64,000 nt of DNA from Felis catus (taxonomy: Eukaryota): NCBI RefSeq assembly GCF_018350175.1, contig NC_058368.1, positions 210,988,001-211,052,000 on the forward strand, read 5' to 3'. Of the stretch, positions 50,870 through 63,340 are shown piece by piece; position 1 is the first letter of the stretch; every line of letters begins with the position of its first letter. The notes under the pieces were generated by a model that ran no database searches, had not been told where the DNA came from, and saw nothing but the letters and a program-made list of their open reading frames with translations. The position numbers and the translations under genes were made by a program.

Positions 50870-51479
50870 TCTTTTTTTTTTTTTTTAAGGAAGACAATTC
50901 TCTTTTCCTTGACTACTCTATCCTGAAAACATGAACAAAGCCTTTACAAAATGTATGGGGATCCCCTGATGAACCATGACTCCTTCTCAGATTAGCAAAC
51001 AACTGAACGTTTGGTAGAAAATTTGGAAACAAAGGAAGTTTAGGTAGGCAGCTTTACCAGACTGTATGTACATGATAGAGTTGATAAGTTTTAATAAATC
51101 TGTATTATTTACAGAAATCTGGAAGTGATTACTTCTGCAACATGGAGTACAAGACTTAATAGGCCTTTCTTTTCCCTTGGGGTGTCATCTAAACATCCTT
51201 CCCAAGTCTATAATGGCTGCCAATTTCCATGCTGAGTGGCCAATAACTCCTGAAGAAAAGTCCTTTCTTTTGTTTAAACAGTCTATTAAGCAAAGCATTA
51301 AACAATACGTGAAACAAGCAAGGCTGTTCACTTGTGATTTTTCTTTTATGTGGGCTCCTTTAAACTTCCTGCAGAGATCTTTTTCTTTTAACCTCTGCTA
51401 AGCTTTTCTCAGATTTACCAAAAAAAAAAAAAAAAAAAAAAGTAAGACACATTTGGCTTAAATTAAAGAAATGGGGGCC

Positions 51480-51880
51480 TAACATGGATAGACCTTGAGT
51501 GTATTACGCTAAATGAAATAAGTCAAACAGAGAAAGACGAATACTGTATGATCTCACTTATAAGTGGACTTGTAGAAACAGACAATAGAATGGTAGTTAC
51601 CAGGGGGCTGAGGGATGGAAGAATTGCAAAGATGTTGGTCAAAGAGAAAAAATTTCCAATTGGAAGAAGCTCTGAGTGTCTCATAATGCACAGCATTGTA
51701 ATTATAGTTAACAGTACTCTGTCATACCAGAGAGCTGCTAAGAGAGTAAATATTAAATGCTCTAATCATAAAAAAGAAATGGTAATTATGTGACATGATA
51801 ATGTGTTGGCTAATGCTATAGTGGTAATCATATTGCAATATATGCGTGTCAAATTTATACCTTAAATTATAAAATGCTGT
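51480..51880 (+). mobile_element. Older L1 (L1MA-like) 3' end
   Basis: aacatggatagaccttgag...atgatctcacttata...ggtaattatgtgacatgat. Confidence 0.85.
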
Positions 51881-52334
51881 AAGGAGGACAGGCAGGCCAG
51901 AAGCTGGATGCCCCCTCCCCCCGCCCTGCCACATACATACTTCCCACTCCCCCACCCCACCATGGAAAATAAAGTCTTTGGGAAATAAAAGACTAAATCA
52001 AGATACAGTACAGTCAGGGCAGGTCCAGCAACTGAGTTATCTCATCGTCCCTGTGGGTGCAAAGACAATTTCATTTGCCACCTTTGAGATGACTCAGTTA
52101 CTCTCCCTGTTCCCCCTGCTGCTCCTGACCAACATGCATTTACCTTCCCTGCTTCTCAATGTCATCAAATTGATGTAATCAGGGACTCAAGTACAGCAGT
52201 TTTCCATTCTGTTTTAGTTTTCAGACCCTTTGTATTGTTATTCATAATCCTGTGAACTGTATTGGGAGTTGTTTCAATCATTTGTCGTTTTTGCAATGAA
52301 AACTATTAAACATGATGAAATAAAAATATTCTAG

Positions 52335-52445
52335 ATTGTGAGCGTAGCATGACGTACAGAGATGTTGAATCACTACATTCGCTGAACTAATGCAACACTG
52401 TGTGTCAACTATACTCAAATAAAAAAAATGGAAATAAAATGAAAA
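52335..52445 (+). mobile_element. Very short carnivore L1 3' tip
   Basis: gttgaatcactac...aactaatgcaacactgtgtgtcaactatactcaaataaaaaaa. Confidence 0.75.
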
Positions 52446-52484
52446 ATAAATGTAAAAGTAAAGATTAATAAACTGATCTTTACT

Positions 52485-52707
52485 GAGACTGGGTGGCTCA
52501 GCCAGTTGAGTGTCAGACTGTTGATTTCAGCTCAGGTCATGATCCCAAGGTCATGGGATCGAATCCTACATCAAGCTCTTTGCTGACAGCACAGACCCTG
52601 CTTGGGATTCTCTCTCTCTTCCTCTCTCTATGCCCCTCCCCTGGGCACATATGCATGTTTGTGCTCTCGCTCTCTCTCAAAATAAATAAACAAACCTTAA
52701 AAAAAAA
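52485..52707 (+). mobile_element. CanSINE
   Basis: ctgggtggctcagccagttgag...aaaataaataaacaaacc. Confidence 0.92.
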
Positions 52708-52785
52708 ATTAAACATGGCTTTCACATGTAATTAGAGATGCATATAATTTACTGTTTTATTTTTTATTTTTTATTTTTTTTTTTT

Positions 52786-52833
52786 AAATATGGAACGCTT
52801 CACGAATTTGCGTGTCATCCTTGCGCAGGGGCC

Positions 52834-52864
<31 letters not shown>

Positions 52865-52891
52865 TAGTATATGTGCTGCCGAAGCGAGCAC
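52786..52891 (-). pseudogene. RNU6: Full-length U6 snRNA processed retrocopy
   Basis: Reverse complement is GTGCTCGCTTCGGCAGCAC...ACAGAGAAGATTAGC...CCATATTT with one extra A in the ACTAAAA run; A-tail 52760-52785; TSD tataatttactgtttta at 52743-52759 and 52892-52908. Confidence 0.97.
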
Positions 52892-53333
52892 TATAATTTA
52901 CTGTTTTAAATCAGTTAAGAGAAATGCATGATTTATTGACATATTTATTTTAAAGGATATTATATTTGGTTTTGATGAGTATAAAAATGTAGATGTAAGT
53001 TTAGTTGCTTTATTGCATTGAAATGGAGAAAACATGTTACTACAATCTTTAATTATCTCATTTTATTTTACAAAAACATCAACTGCCCTATTTTTATACA
53101 TCTGGTTTATTTCAAATGACTAGATAAGATAAAAGGCTTAAATTTTTAAATCACTTTTTTGTAAATAACTCATTAAAGATAAGGAAGTTATTTGCTACTA
53201 CTAAATGAAATTCAAACCAAATTTGCATATATTTTCCCTTTAATAAAGATTTTTGAAACATTAAAGATGATTTTATTTGTATACACTAATTGACAAAAAG
53301 AATACAATTTATAGAGCTATTAAAAGTCATCTT

Positions 53334-53548
53334 GGGGGCACCTGAGTGGCTCAGTCTGTTAAAAGTCTGACTTCAGCTCAGGTCATGATCTCACAGTTCA
53401 TGAGTTAGAGACCCGCGTTGGGCTCTGAGCTGACAGGTCAGAACCTGGAGCCTGCTTCACATTCTGTGTCTCCTGCTCTCTCTGCCCCTCCCCCACTCGT
53501 GCTCTGTATTTCTCTCACAAGAACAAATAAACATTTAAAAAAGATTTT
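53334..53548 (+). mobile_element. CanSINE
   Basis: TSD ttaaaagtcatcttg. Confidence 0.94.
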
Positions 53549-54222
53549 TTAAAAGTCATCTTGAAGTGAAATTGCAGATATATGGTCACTTTCATGTTAC
53601 TCATTCAATTTTATTTCAAATTTAATACATTAATTCTTCCTGGCTTTAACTAAGGAGACCCTATAGGTATAAGTTAAATAATATACAATTAAGAATATAC
53701 TAAATAATTCAAAATTCTATAGTGGACTCCTGTTTCTGATAATATGGCAGATTACATACCCTGAACTAGCCTCTCAGGGGTAACAATTAAAATCCCGAGG
53801 GAAATTTAAAGCATCATTTTAAATGCATTGCTGAGCTGTCAAAAACATAAGGAATCTGCTGGTCTCACAAAACAAATCGTAAGCAGGACCCTTAGTGGGT
53901 AAGTGATAAAGGCAAGATCAATTTTGCTCTGAGGGTATCTGCCAAACCATAAAGATTTGGGGCTTCCACTTGGAGTCGGTTGCCTGCACATGGTAACGGA
54001 GACAGGAGATCTCTAGGGAATCTAATAGAAGATTTCCACATAAACCTGGAACTTCAAAAGGTAGTACTTTCTAAGTGTTAAACAAATAATAAATGTTTAC
54101 ATGCCAAAAAGCACAGCATGAGAACATGCTTGTCTCCATCTGGGTACCAGATGAAGGAAAAATCTCCTGTAAGAATTCATTTTTCCAAGATGACTATCAC
54201 ACAAATTTTGGTTGGGATTTAC

Positions 54223-54312
54223 TTTTTTTTTTTTAAGAAATTATATTTATTTATCTATTTATTAAAAAAAATGTTTTTGAAAGAGAGAAAGACAGAGTGA
54301 GAGCAGGGTAGG

Positions 54313-54350
<38 letters not shown>

Positions 54351-54469
54351 CTGAAGCAGGCTCCAGGCTCTGAGCTGTCAGCACAGACCCCTACCTGGGG
54401 CTTACATGCAGGGACCACGAGATCATGACCCAAGCCAAAGTAGGACACTTAGAGCCACCCAGGCGCCCC
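54223..54469 (-). mobile_element. CanSINE inserted in the tail of the adjacent CanSINE
   Basis: Flanked by ttta(a)agaaatt; outer TSD ggatttac encloses both SINEs. Confidence 0.9.
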
Positions 54470-54479
54470 TTTAAAGAAA

Positions 54480-54684
54480 TTTTAATGCTTATTTGTTATT
54501 TTCAGAGAGACAGGTATGTGTGCAGAGGGGGGATAGCAGAAAGAGGGGAGACAGAATCCCAAGCAGGCTCCAAGCTCTCAGCATGAGGCTCAAGGCAGGG
54601 CTTGGTCCCACAAACTGCTAGATCATGGCCTGAGCGGAAACCAAGAGTCAACACTGCTTAACTGACTGAGCCACCCAGGCACCC
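54480..54684 (-). mobile_element. CanSINE (older)
   Basis: Ends actgagccacccaggcaccc. Confidence 0.9.
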
Positions 54685-54751
54685 TAGGATTTACCTTTTT
54701 TATGCAGAAGTTTCAAGTGGAGAATTTAAATCAGGTGTTGCTGGATTTTGT

Positions 54752-55150
54752 TGTGGCAGAAAATTATGGTGTCCACCTGATATCCCAAGAGCTTCCCCAC
54801 GTTTCTCAGCTTCTTGGCAACTGGGCAAGGTCTCATGACTAATTTTGGCCAATCGGCCATAAGCAGATGAGACACAGGTTACTTCTGGACAAAAGGAAAG
54901 TAAGGCTGCTGAGACATGTCTAGCACTGTCTTCCCTAGCAGTGTTTACCAAGGTGGATATGTGTTCCAGATAAAGCATCTACAAGATATTGGAAACTCAG
55001 TTAGCCAGGATGGAGATCACATGCCTTGGAAAGCTCCCTGAATTTACAACCGACTTTGCATAAATAGGAAATCAACCTAAGCTATATTAAGAAACAGAGA
55101 TTTGGGGCAAGTTTGTTATCCTACCTAATCTAGCCTACCCCGTCTGGTAA
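54752..55150 (+). mobile_element. Old MaLR LTR (MLT1H/I/J-like)
   Basis: tgtggcag...catgactaattttggccaatc...aagaaacagagatttggggcaagtttgtta. Confidence 0.6.
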
Positions 55151-55576
55151 AGTATGACCGCCAGAGGACTAACAGAAGCACATACAAATAATCTCATAAG
55201 GAACTCTACGCCAGGACTCAAAGAAGTACCACAGGAAAAAATAAAGAACACGAATAACCCATAGTCAAAATTCATAAAACACACACACACAAAAGACACA
55301 ATGATTGAAATCTTGAATGAGAGTCCTCAAAAACTTCCAATATTTGAAATATAAAATACAAAATACAGAATAACATTATTATCATATTTAAAGAAACTAA
55401 AGAATAATTTGAAAATACAAGCAGGGAACAAGACACTATAAATGCTAGGAAGATTAAAAATGAATTAAATAGAAGTACGAGGAATGAAATATATAATTAA
55501 AGTTAAATACTCAGCGGATTAAACAGAAGGTTAGAGCTGCAAAGGTAATTGATAAAACTGAATATAGATCTAAATA

Positions 55577-55785
55577 ATTTTTTTTTAATGTTGACTTATT
55601 TTTGACAGAGAGAGACAGAGCATGAGTGCAGGAGGGGCAGAGAGAGAGGGAGATACAGAATCCGAAGCAGGCTCCAGGCTCGGAGCTGTCAGCACAGCCC
55701 CGACGCAGGGCTTGAACTCACAGACCACGAAATCATGACCTGAGCCGAAGTCGGACGCTCAACCGACTGAGCCACCAGGCGCCCC
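55577..55785 (-). mobile_element. CanSINE
   Basis: TSD tag(a/c)tctaaataa. Confidence 0.95.
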
Positions 55786-56604
55786 TAGCTCTAAATAAAT
55801 AATCCAAAATGACATTCAGGAGAATATGAAAGGGAGGTTAAGAGGCACACAAGTGAATGAGATGAACATAGATATAATTAGAGTTTCAGAGAGAGAGAAT
55901 AGAATCTTCAAAAACCAACATCCAAGGAAGTAATTACAGAATGTTCAAGAATTATTGAAATACACCAATCCTAAGAACCTGGAAGCCACTTGATTTTCAA
56001 GCAGGATGAATACACATAAATCTAGTCTCAGATGCATCATAGTGAAACTTCACAATAACAAAGAAAAAGAGATCTTAAAAGCAGCCAGAGATAATTAACA
56101 GCTCCCTGCCAACAAGCCGCACTGTCAGCTTACTCTCAACAGTAATAATAAAAGCTGGAAGGAAGTGGAAACATATTTATCCTGCTTAGAAAAAAAATTC
56201 TAAGAATTGGGCACCAGCAAACTGTTAAAACTGAGGGGAAAATAAAAGCATTTTTAAATGATCGTAAACCTAGCGAGTTCACTGCCAAAATACCTCTTAA
56301 AAGGAAACTTTAAGGGTGTACTTTAGCACAAGGAAACTACACTAGATGGAAGGTCTATGATGCAATAAAAGAAATAATATGCAAATATATTGGTAAATAT
56401 AGATAATACTAACCAAATATTGATGGAATACAAAGCAATCAAAATTTCCAATGTATGGTAGCTAATAGGCCAAAATGAAAATACTGGACAGTAAGAGCTT
56501 ATAAATTGCTTGGAGATATGAACAAAATTGGTCTCCGTATTATTCAAGAGAAGGGTAGAGATAAAATTTATTATATTAAGCATATATGTTAAAATACCCA
56601 GGGT

Positions 56605-56787
56605 GGGGGACCTGGGTGGTTCAGTTGGTTAAGCATCCGATTCTTGATTTCAGCTCAGGTCATGATCTCAAGGTTCAGCTCTGACAGCACAGAGCCTTCT
56701 TGGGATTCTCTTTCTTCTCTCTCTGCCACTCCCCTGCTCACATGCTTGCTCTCCCCCCACCTCAAAATAAACAAATAAATACTTTTT
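56605..56787 (+). mobile_element. CanSINE with an internal deletion
   Basis: TSD aaaata(c/g)ccagggt. Confidence 0.92.
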
Positions 56788-57019
56788 AAAAATAGCCAGG
56801 GTAGCCGCGAGAAGAATGGTTATAGAATATAATATATAACTTCCCAACAAGCAGAGAAGAGAAAACGGACAAAGAAAACACAATCTCAATTAATTGACAC
56901 AAAGAAAGAAAGAAAAGAAAAAGAAATCAAAATGGTACAAATATGAGGCACGTAATAAGGTAGCAAAAATTAACCCAAAGATATCAATATTTAGAAGAAA
57001 TTACATGAATTAAAGCCTT

Positions 57020-57525
57020 GGTATGCACCCAATGGAAATGCTACTTCACAGAAAGTCATGAATTGAAGTTTTCTTAGCAACACATTCATAACAGTCAAAA
57101 CCCAGAAACTTCTCAAACACTCATTTTACAGTAGAGTGAAGAAATTAATGTTGGCATATTTTACACAATGGAATCATATACAGTGATGAGGATGAACAAT
57201 CCATAATTCTATATGACAAGATGGATAGGTCTCTCAACCATATTGAGTGAAAGAAGACGGACATGAAAGATAAGACAATGTAGAGTTCCATATACAGAAA
57301 GCACAAAAACAGGCAAAACTAGTCCATGAGGTTAGAGGTGAGAATGGTGGTTGCCCTTGGTGAGAGGAAGAGGAAGGCAAGACTAGAAAGGAGACAGGTG
57401 GGCATCTGATGAAGCATCTGGGTATTGGTTACACAACTGAGTCTACTTTGTAAAAATCCAATGAGCAATCTACTCACAGTTCATGCATATTTCTGCATGT
57501 ATATTAAATTTCAGTAAGTCGTTTC
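57020..57525 (+). mobile_element. Old L1 (L1MC/ME-like) 3' fragment
   Basis: gcaacacattcataacagtcaaaacccagaaac...aaaacaggcaaaactagtccatg. Confidence 0.7.
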
Positions 57526-57962
57526 ATAAATCCAGGTACATGTTGTTTGTGAGAGACCTACCCATCACGTAAGAAAACAGGAAAATTAAAGTTAAAAGAT
57601 GGAAAAAGTGATCAGGTAATTAGTAATTAAATCATTAGAAAAAAATGTAGTTCAAGGCAAAAAGCATTCCTAGGAATGTAGACATTTACTGAAGAATTAT
57701 ATAAAAATCCTAAATCAACACAAATTAAAAACCAGAGTGAATGACTTTGTCAATATATTTGAAAACTTTGAGGGAAATGGGTGAATTCTATGAAAAATAC
57801 AACTTGTTAAAATTTCTTCAAAAAGAAATATTTCTATATCCTTGAATTAAATCCGTATATAAAATCTCCCTAACACAAAATTACTGGACCCACATAGCTT
57901 TACTAGAGAATCGCATCATTCAAGAGACAGATAATTCCAAGCTTATACAAGTTCTTCCTGAT

Positions 57963-57966
<4 letters not shown>

Positions 57967-58002
<36 letters not shown>
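57967..58002. repeat. (GA)n microsatellite
   Basis: Directly visible. Confidence 0.95.
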
Positions 58003-58005
<3 letters not shown>

Positions 58006-58509
58006 CCCAAACTCATAGAGGCCAACCTCACCTTGTTATCAAATTTAATCGTGAAGTACAACAAAGAAAATCACAGGACCAATCTCACTCATGAATACAG
58101 ATGGAAAATGCTATGTAAAACATTAGCACACCAAAACCAGCAATAAATATAACAGGTAATATGTTACGACCATGTTGGATTTACCCTAGAAAAACAGGAA
58201 ACTATTTTGTAATTCACTGCATTGAAGAAACAAAGCATGATTGTTTTTCAACATACGCAGAAAAAAGATTCGATAAAATGGAAATCCATTCACAATAAAA
58301 TCTCTCAGCATTAAGAATTGGAGATGTGCTCATCTTTTTTCTTGGTTTTTTTTTTTTTTTTTTTCACTTTTTGTTTTGTGTTTTGTGTTTGTTTTCTTGT
58401 CATCTAGACTTGTTGTCTGCCTGTCTCTCCGAGGATCTGGGTTCTAGGCGGGGCCAGGCCCTAAGAACTGCATTATCTAATGCATTATCTAATCACATCT
58501 AGCTGATGT

Positions 58510-58772
58510 GAACAAGAAATTCATAGGTGAGAGAGGAAGATCAAGGTATTTTCTCCCCACAGGATGCTACATCTCAGGCCTCCTATGACCACAGCTCCTA
58601 TCATGAAGCCACTAGTTCACAAAACCAGCTCTAATTTCATATACTAACAGCAGGTCTGTAGGAGACAAACAGCTTCAGGTTGGTTCCTCATCATCCCTGT
58701 TCATCTTGTAACACTGCCCACACCTACATAAGTCTCCCTTCACTCAATACTCTTCCAAATCCCACCTGATAC
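58510..58772 (+). mobile_element. ERVL-type LTR remnant (LTR16/33-like)
   Basis: aacactgcccacacct...cccttcactcaatactctt...ctgataca. Confidence 0.45.
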
Positions 58773-58784
58773 ATCATTAACCTG

Positions 58785-59047
58785 TGTTATGGGCTAAATT
58801 GTGTCTCCAATTCATATGTTGAAGTCTTAACCCTCAGGACCTCAGAATGTAAGCATATTTGGAGATAAGTTATTTCAGGAGGCAATTAAGTGAAAATGAG
58901 TCAGTAGGGCAGGCCCTAATCCAATATATCTGATGTCCTTATAAGAAGAGGAGACAAGGGCATAAACACTCACAAAGGAAAGACCGTGTAAGGCCACGGT
59001 GAAATGACATCTACAAGCCAAGAAGCCTCAGAATGAAACCAGCCCTG
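58785..59047 (+). mobile_element. MaLR LTR 5' part (MLT1A/B-like)
   Basis: tgttatgggctaaattgtgtctcc...ggccctaatccaatatatctgatgtccttataagaagagga. Confidence 0.85.
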
Positions 59048-59819
59048 TAAATGTGGCTTTCACCTCATTTGTTTCCCTTTTCTCACGAATTACTGTCATG
59101 TGTACCTGCTGTCCAATGTCTAAAACTGGTATTCTGTACCTACTTTACTGCCCTCTACCCGCACAATTTATTTCTGTCATTATCCAATAACATTACTAAA
59201 AAGATGGCCTTGTGCATGCTGCCAAAGGATAATTAAGCAGGCATAGACCCTGCCTTGGAGGACTTGAAGCCTGATGTGGCCAGAATCCAGCAAATACCAC
59301 AGGTTAAGCTGGCTAAATTCCCATGTCCCCAAATTCCTACCAAGAGCTTCTGGAAGTAGAAAGTCACGTCATCTCTGCTTCCAAGTAAAAATGCAATCGT
59401 GGGTAGTCCTGTCCTGTGGACTGCAGTTACACCTGTAGACAAGTGTAACTGAAAGTGAGGTTTTAAAAAAGGGGGGGTAGAGTGATTTGACCAAAGGCAC
59501 ACAGTTAATTAGCGGAAAAGTGAGTCAAAATCCATGTCTCATGACCCACAGTCCATCACTCTATGTTCTTCACTATTTTTCCTCTTTGACAGAGATAGCT
59601 GTGTGTGCTTACCTGTCACCTGTAAATCTGAGGGGTTAACAAATCATTGTTCCCTCAAACCCAGCATCAAGGTAACGGCAAGTCAATTCAATGCTGAGAA
59701 AATATTGGTATTGAATTACTGCCAACAACTGCCATGGTTCTTAAGCAGGACTCAGCACAAGATACTACAATGGTTACTTGTGTCATCTCCCCAGCCCTCT
59801 AGAACTTTCTCTGGGGGGT

Positions 59820-60030
59820 AGGTAGTGGCAGTATAACCAGCGTTTAAATCTATAGGTCTAAGCGAAGCACACTTAACTTTGTTTTCTTTCTCTGCCCCTT
59901 GCCGGCCTGTTTCCTAATATATAAAATGAGGATAATCAAAGTACCCCCATCATGGACGTGTTGAAGGTTTACATGACTGAATGCACTGAAGTGCTTAGCA
60001 TTTATTCTGAATCATAAATGTTCATTGTCA
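59820..60030 (+). mobile_element. MIR
   Basis: cctgtttcctaatatataaaatgaggataatcaaagtacc...aagtgcttagca. Confidence 0.65.
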
Positions 60031-63000
60031 TCATGTTTTGTTATATTATGACAATATATTTATAGACCATCTTTAATAGTAGAGGCTTTGAGTGGTCTCT
60101 CCTTAAAAATCAAAAACAGCCCGTCCTTGGATTTACCTCCATTTAATTTTGCTTAGGCAAAGCTCTGTAGAATCAAATAATTATTGTAGCACTAGAATAT
60201 TTGGAACCCTCTTTATGCCCGGGCACCTGTGAGTATGCACACCATAGGAATATAATGCTCTTTTAATTAAACATTATAAAATCTGTACAAATCTTGAAAG
60301 AAAATCAGAAAACTATGTGACACTCACGGTGAGAAACAACAAACAGGTTGACTGTAGGCTAAATCAATTATTGCTGTTGGAGACACCGATTCTGTAGGGT
60401 TCCAATAAACTTCTTTTTACCACCTGCTGTGCTTTTAATTTAAGTAAGCCGGCCAGTTTTCTTACCCAGCTGAAAAATCACGCAAAGACTATGAACTCAG
60501 ACATCCTCTGTCGCTTGGATTATTGGGTATTCAATTACAGATACACGAAACTGCCTGGCACCTTCAAGTTTCCCTGAGGCCCACGTCAGACCACGGTCCA
60601 CAAATAGCAACCTGCAACTGTCCTTTTGATTCAGACCTGGTAATGGCTGCCAGCAACCTTTACAAATTCTGCATTGCCAGCAGGTATTTGTAAAAGACTG
60701 GCAAAATATGCTGTGTAGAAATATTGTGCTGTCAGGAATAGCCTTAACACCATTAACTTTGTGTGCCCCGAGCAACCACCTACGAATCCTTGCTGTTAAA
60801 GGGAACAAAAATGGGAAGTTATTTGTTAGGACAAAGCAGCCACCCTCCTGCCCTAACCCTTTTCTCAGCCACTTTAGGGGGAAACATGTGGACTGTAATT
60901 GCCTAAATCTCTAATGTAACCGACTACATATTTGGAAGAGAGTCAGGGAAGATAAGGGTTAGAAAACACAGAAGCAAAGAAAAGATTTTCCCAGTGGGCG
61001 TAGCTTAGGTAAAAAGTCAAATGAAAGCAAAACATTTCCAAACTAACTCCAACTCAAATTGCTACCAAGTTTTCTTGCTGCAAATGGGCATAGCCTTCTA
61101 AGAGTCATGTGTGATGTGAGTAACACACTCTGGAAAATATTTTACCGCTGCCAACATAACCAGGATATGAATGTTAGAGTTGAATTCTCTTACAGGAACG
61201 TTTACTAGCCTTTTTATGCAGTTTAGCATGAGATTGAATCAACATAAATGAAAAATACACATTAAGGGAATAAAAATGCTTCCCCCCCTCCCCGTAAATT
61301 AACCAGATACCATTCAAAGGCAGAAGCTTTCTCTTCAAAATAGAAAGAAAAAACCAGCCCGTTTGTTATTATCATTGTATTTATCTTTATGGATCACTGA
61401 ATCAGGTAATGCAATCTGTTGTATGTTAGGAGAAGAAAAAAAATGATCCCTTCCTCTTCCAAAGCCTTGGAAACACACGGCTTTCATTCTGATCTGCATT
61501 TTCTTTTCCAAGACTCTTGTTTTGTAAAAACTGTATTACGGTTTGTTTGCGTGTCTATGTACCGGGGTGTGCGCAAACACGCATATGTATGAGGGGTGAT
61601 GGCGAATAATCGTAACAAACATTTATCGAACACTCTCTGTTTGCCAGGCTTGATGTGCCCTTCTCCTCTTGTCTTCACAACACTCATATAAAGTGGAGGC
61701 TACTTTCCATAGTTATTTCACAGGTGATAAAGGCGAAGAAGAACCTTCCTGAAACAATCAGCTCTTACAGGCATAAGCGTACCTCACTAACACAGAATTT
61801 TATGAGTGTTTCCTACCTGGATGAGTCCCCCACTGGCCACCATAAACTCCTTTGAATAGTTCAGTTCATGTGTCCTTGAACTTTAACAGGATCTTCACAG
61901 ATTTGTGAGAATGCCTGGACCACACTCTCTATTGAGATCTACCCTTATATATGTGATGGTTTATAAAGGTTTAAGGGAGTTTTATATACATTTACTCTTC
62001 TCTCCCCTAAGAATCGAGTGATGTCCCTTATCCACTGTGTTGAAGAGAAGAACCTGGCCTCTGATGCGTTTCAAACCTCCTCATGGTCTCCCCACCCCCA
62101 TGCCTCTTCTGGGGACCTCTGCTTCTTGCCTCAGAAAAGTTAAAATCACCCACCATTCTTCAATATTTTGCATTCAGGCAGTGCATCAGTAGTTTCTGTG
62201 GAAGGTTCTGTTTTCCTCTAATTCATTCTGGACAAGACTGGCTGCTGCCTTTCCTGGTGAGCAGAAATGTTCATGTGATACTGTAGCTCTCTGCTTCTCT
62301 CTTGCCTAAATGTTTTTCTACTTGTGTCTTCTTTGGTGGCATATTCTCTTTAGTTTCTCCACTTCTCTGGTTCTCCCCTTCTTTGGTTCCTGTGTGGAAC
62401 CCAAACTGAGACCATCAGCCAGCACAAATACCTGCTCTTAAAGAACAAAGGTCCAGGTTTATCACTTTGTGCTCAGAGAGCAGGTGGGCAACAGGTTCAT
62501 CCATGAGTCCACATTTACAATCTTGAAATTGGCCAAATTACAAATTAAAAGGCTTTAGTGTTGTAGTAACTCAGGTTACTAGGTTACGAGTTATTACGAC
62601 ACTAACACTCTAGGTCTCCACCAAAATGCCTGAAGTCTTCTCTTTAGTATTTCACTGTTAATTATTCTCATGTGAAAACCTGAGTGTCTTAGATACGCCT
62701 GAGAATGGTCTGGGTGATACAGTGCATTCCCTCCACAGCTCCAAAGGAGTGTGCTGTTGCATCATGCAGAAGTGAAGGAAGAGGTTGGACCCTGTTCTGC
62801 GATTTCAGAACAAACCAGCTTTATTTAATAAGGAGAGAATGGTCTTCAATTGTTTCAAATCCAGGGAGTTGTAAAAGAAAAAACCATAGCCTTCAAGGAA
62901 ACCTGGAAGAGGGAAATTTAGGATGTGTCAGTTATGCTAAGCCCTTGTCTCCCTTTCTTTGAAGTTCAAGTTCTTTCATGTCGACAGATGCTTTTTTGTG

Positions 63001-63297
63001 ATATTGCTGAGCTTTCGGCCCTGGTTACATTAAACAATACAGATGCTTTGTTTATGTACAGTGTCTTTCATCAGGGCTCTTTCTGAGGCTTTAAATACAT
63101 ACTCATTAATCCTCACAGCATTGTAGGCATGTCATTCATTGTAGGCATGTACTTACTTCTTTATTCCTCAGACAGGAATTTAACAGTGTAGTTTAAGTGT
63201 TGATGTTCAGTATCAGGCAAGCCAAGTCCTAGTTTCCTGACCATTTTCTGGCATAACCAATTTTTCTGTTTGGTTTTTTTTTCCTCTTTGCCTTTAG

Positions 63298-63340
63298 ATG
63301 TCCTCAAGGCATTTCACCACATGCTTTTACTTTCAATTTA
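63298..63340 (+). other. Candidate 43-nt internal exon of an unidentified transcript
   Basis: Strong acceptor tttttttttcctctttgcctttag| followed by donor-like TTA|gtatgt; no recognisable peptide. Confidence 0.3.

Larger units (their letters stand above)
53715..58330 (+). mobile_element. Ancient, highly decayed L1 (5' region, ORF1 and ORF2 pieces) carrying many younger insertions
   Basis: ORF1-like catcatagtgaaacttc...gagatcttaaaagcagccagaga; ORF2-like accaatctcactcatgaatacagatg...gcagaaaaaagattcgataaaat; boundaries approximate. Confidence 0.65.

Noticed and set aside
51420..51441. Isolated long poly(A) run
   Set aside because: No TSD or attached element seen; treated as a simple homopolymer.
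52786..52891. Functional U6 gene
   Set aside because: A-tail, TSD and no visible upstream PSE/TATA indicate a retrocopy.
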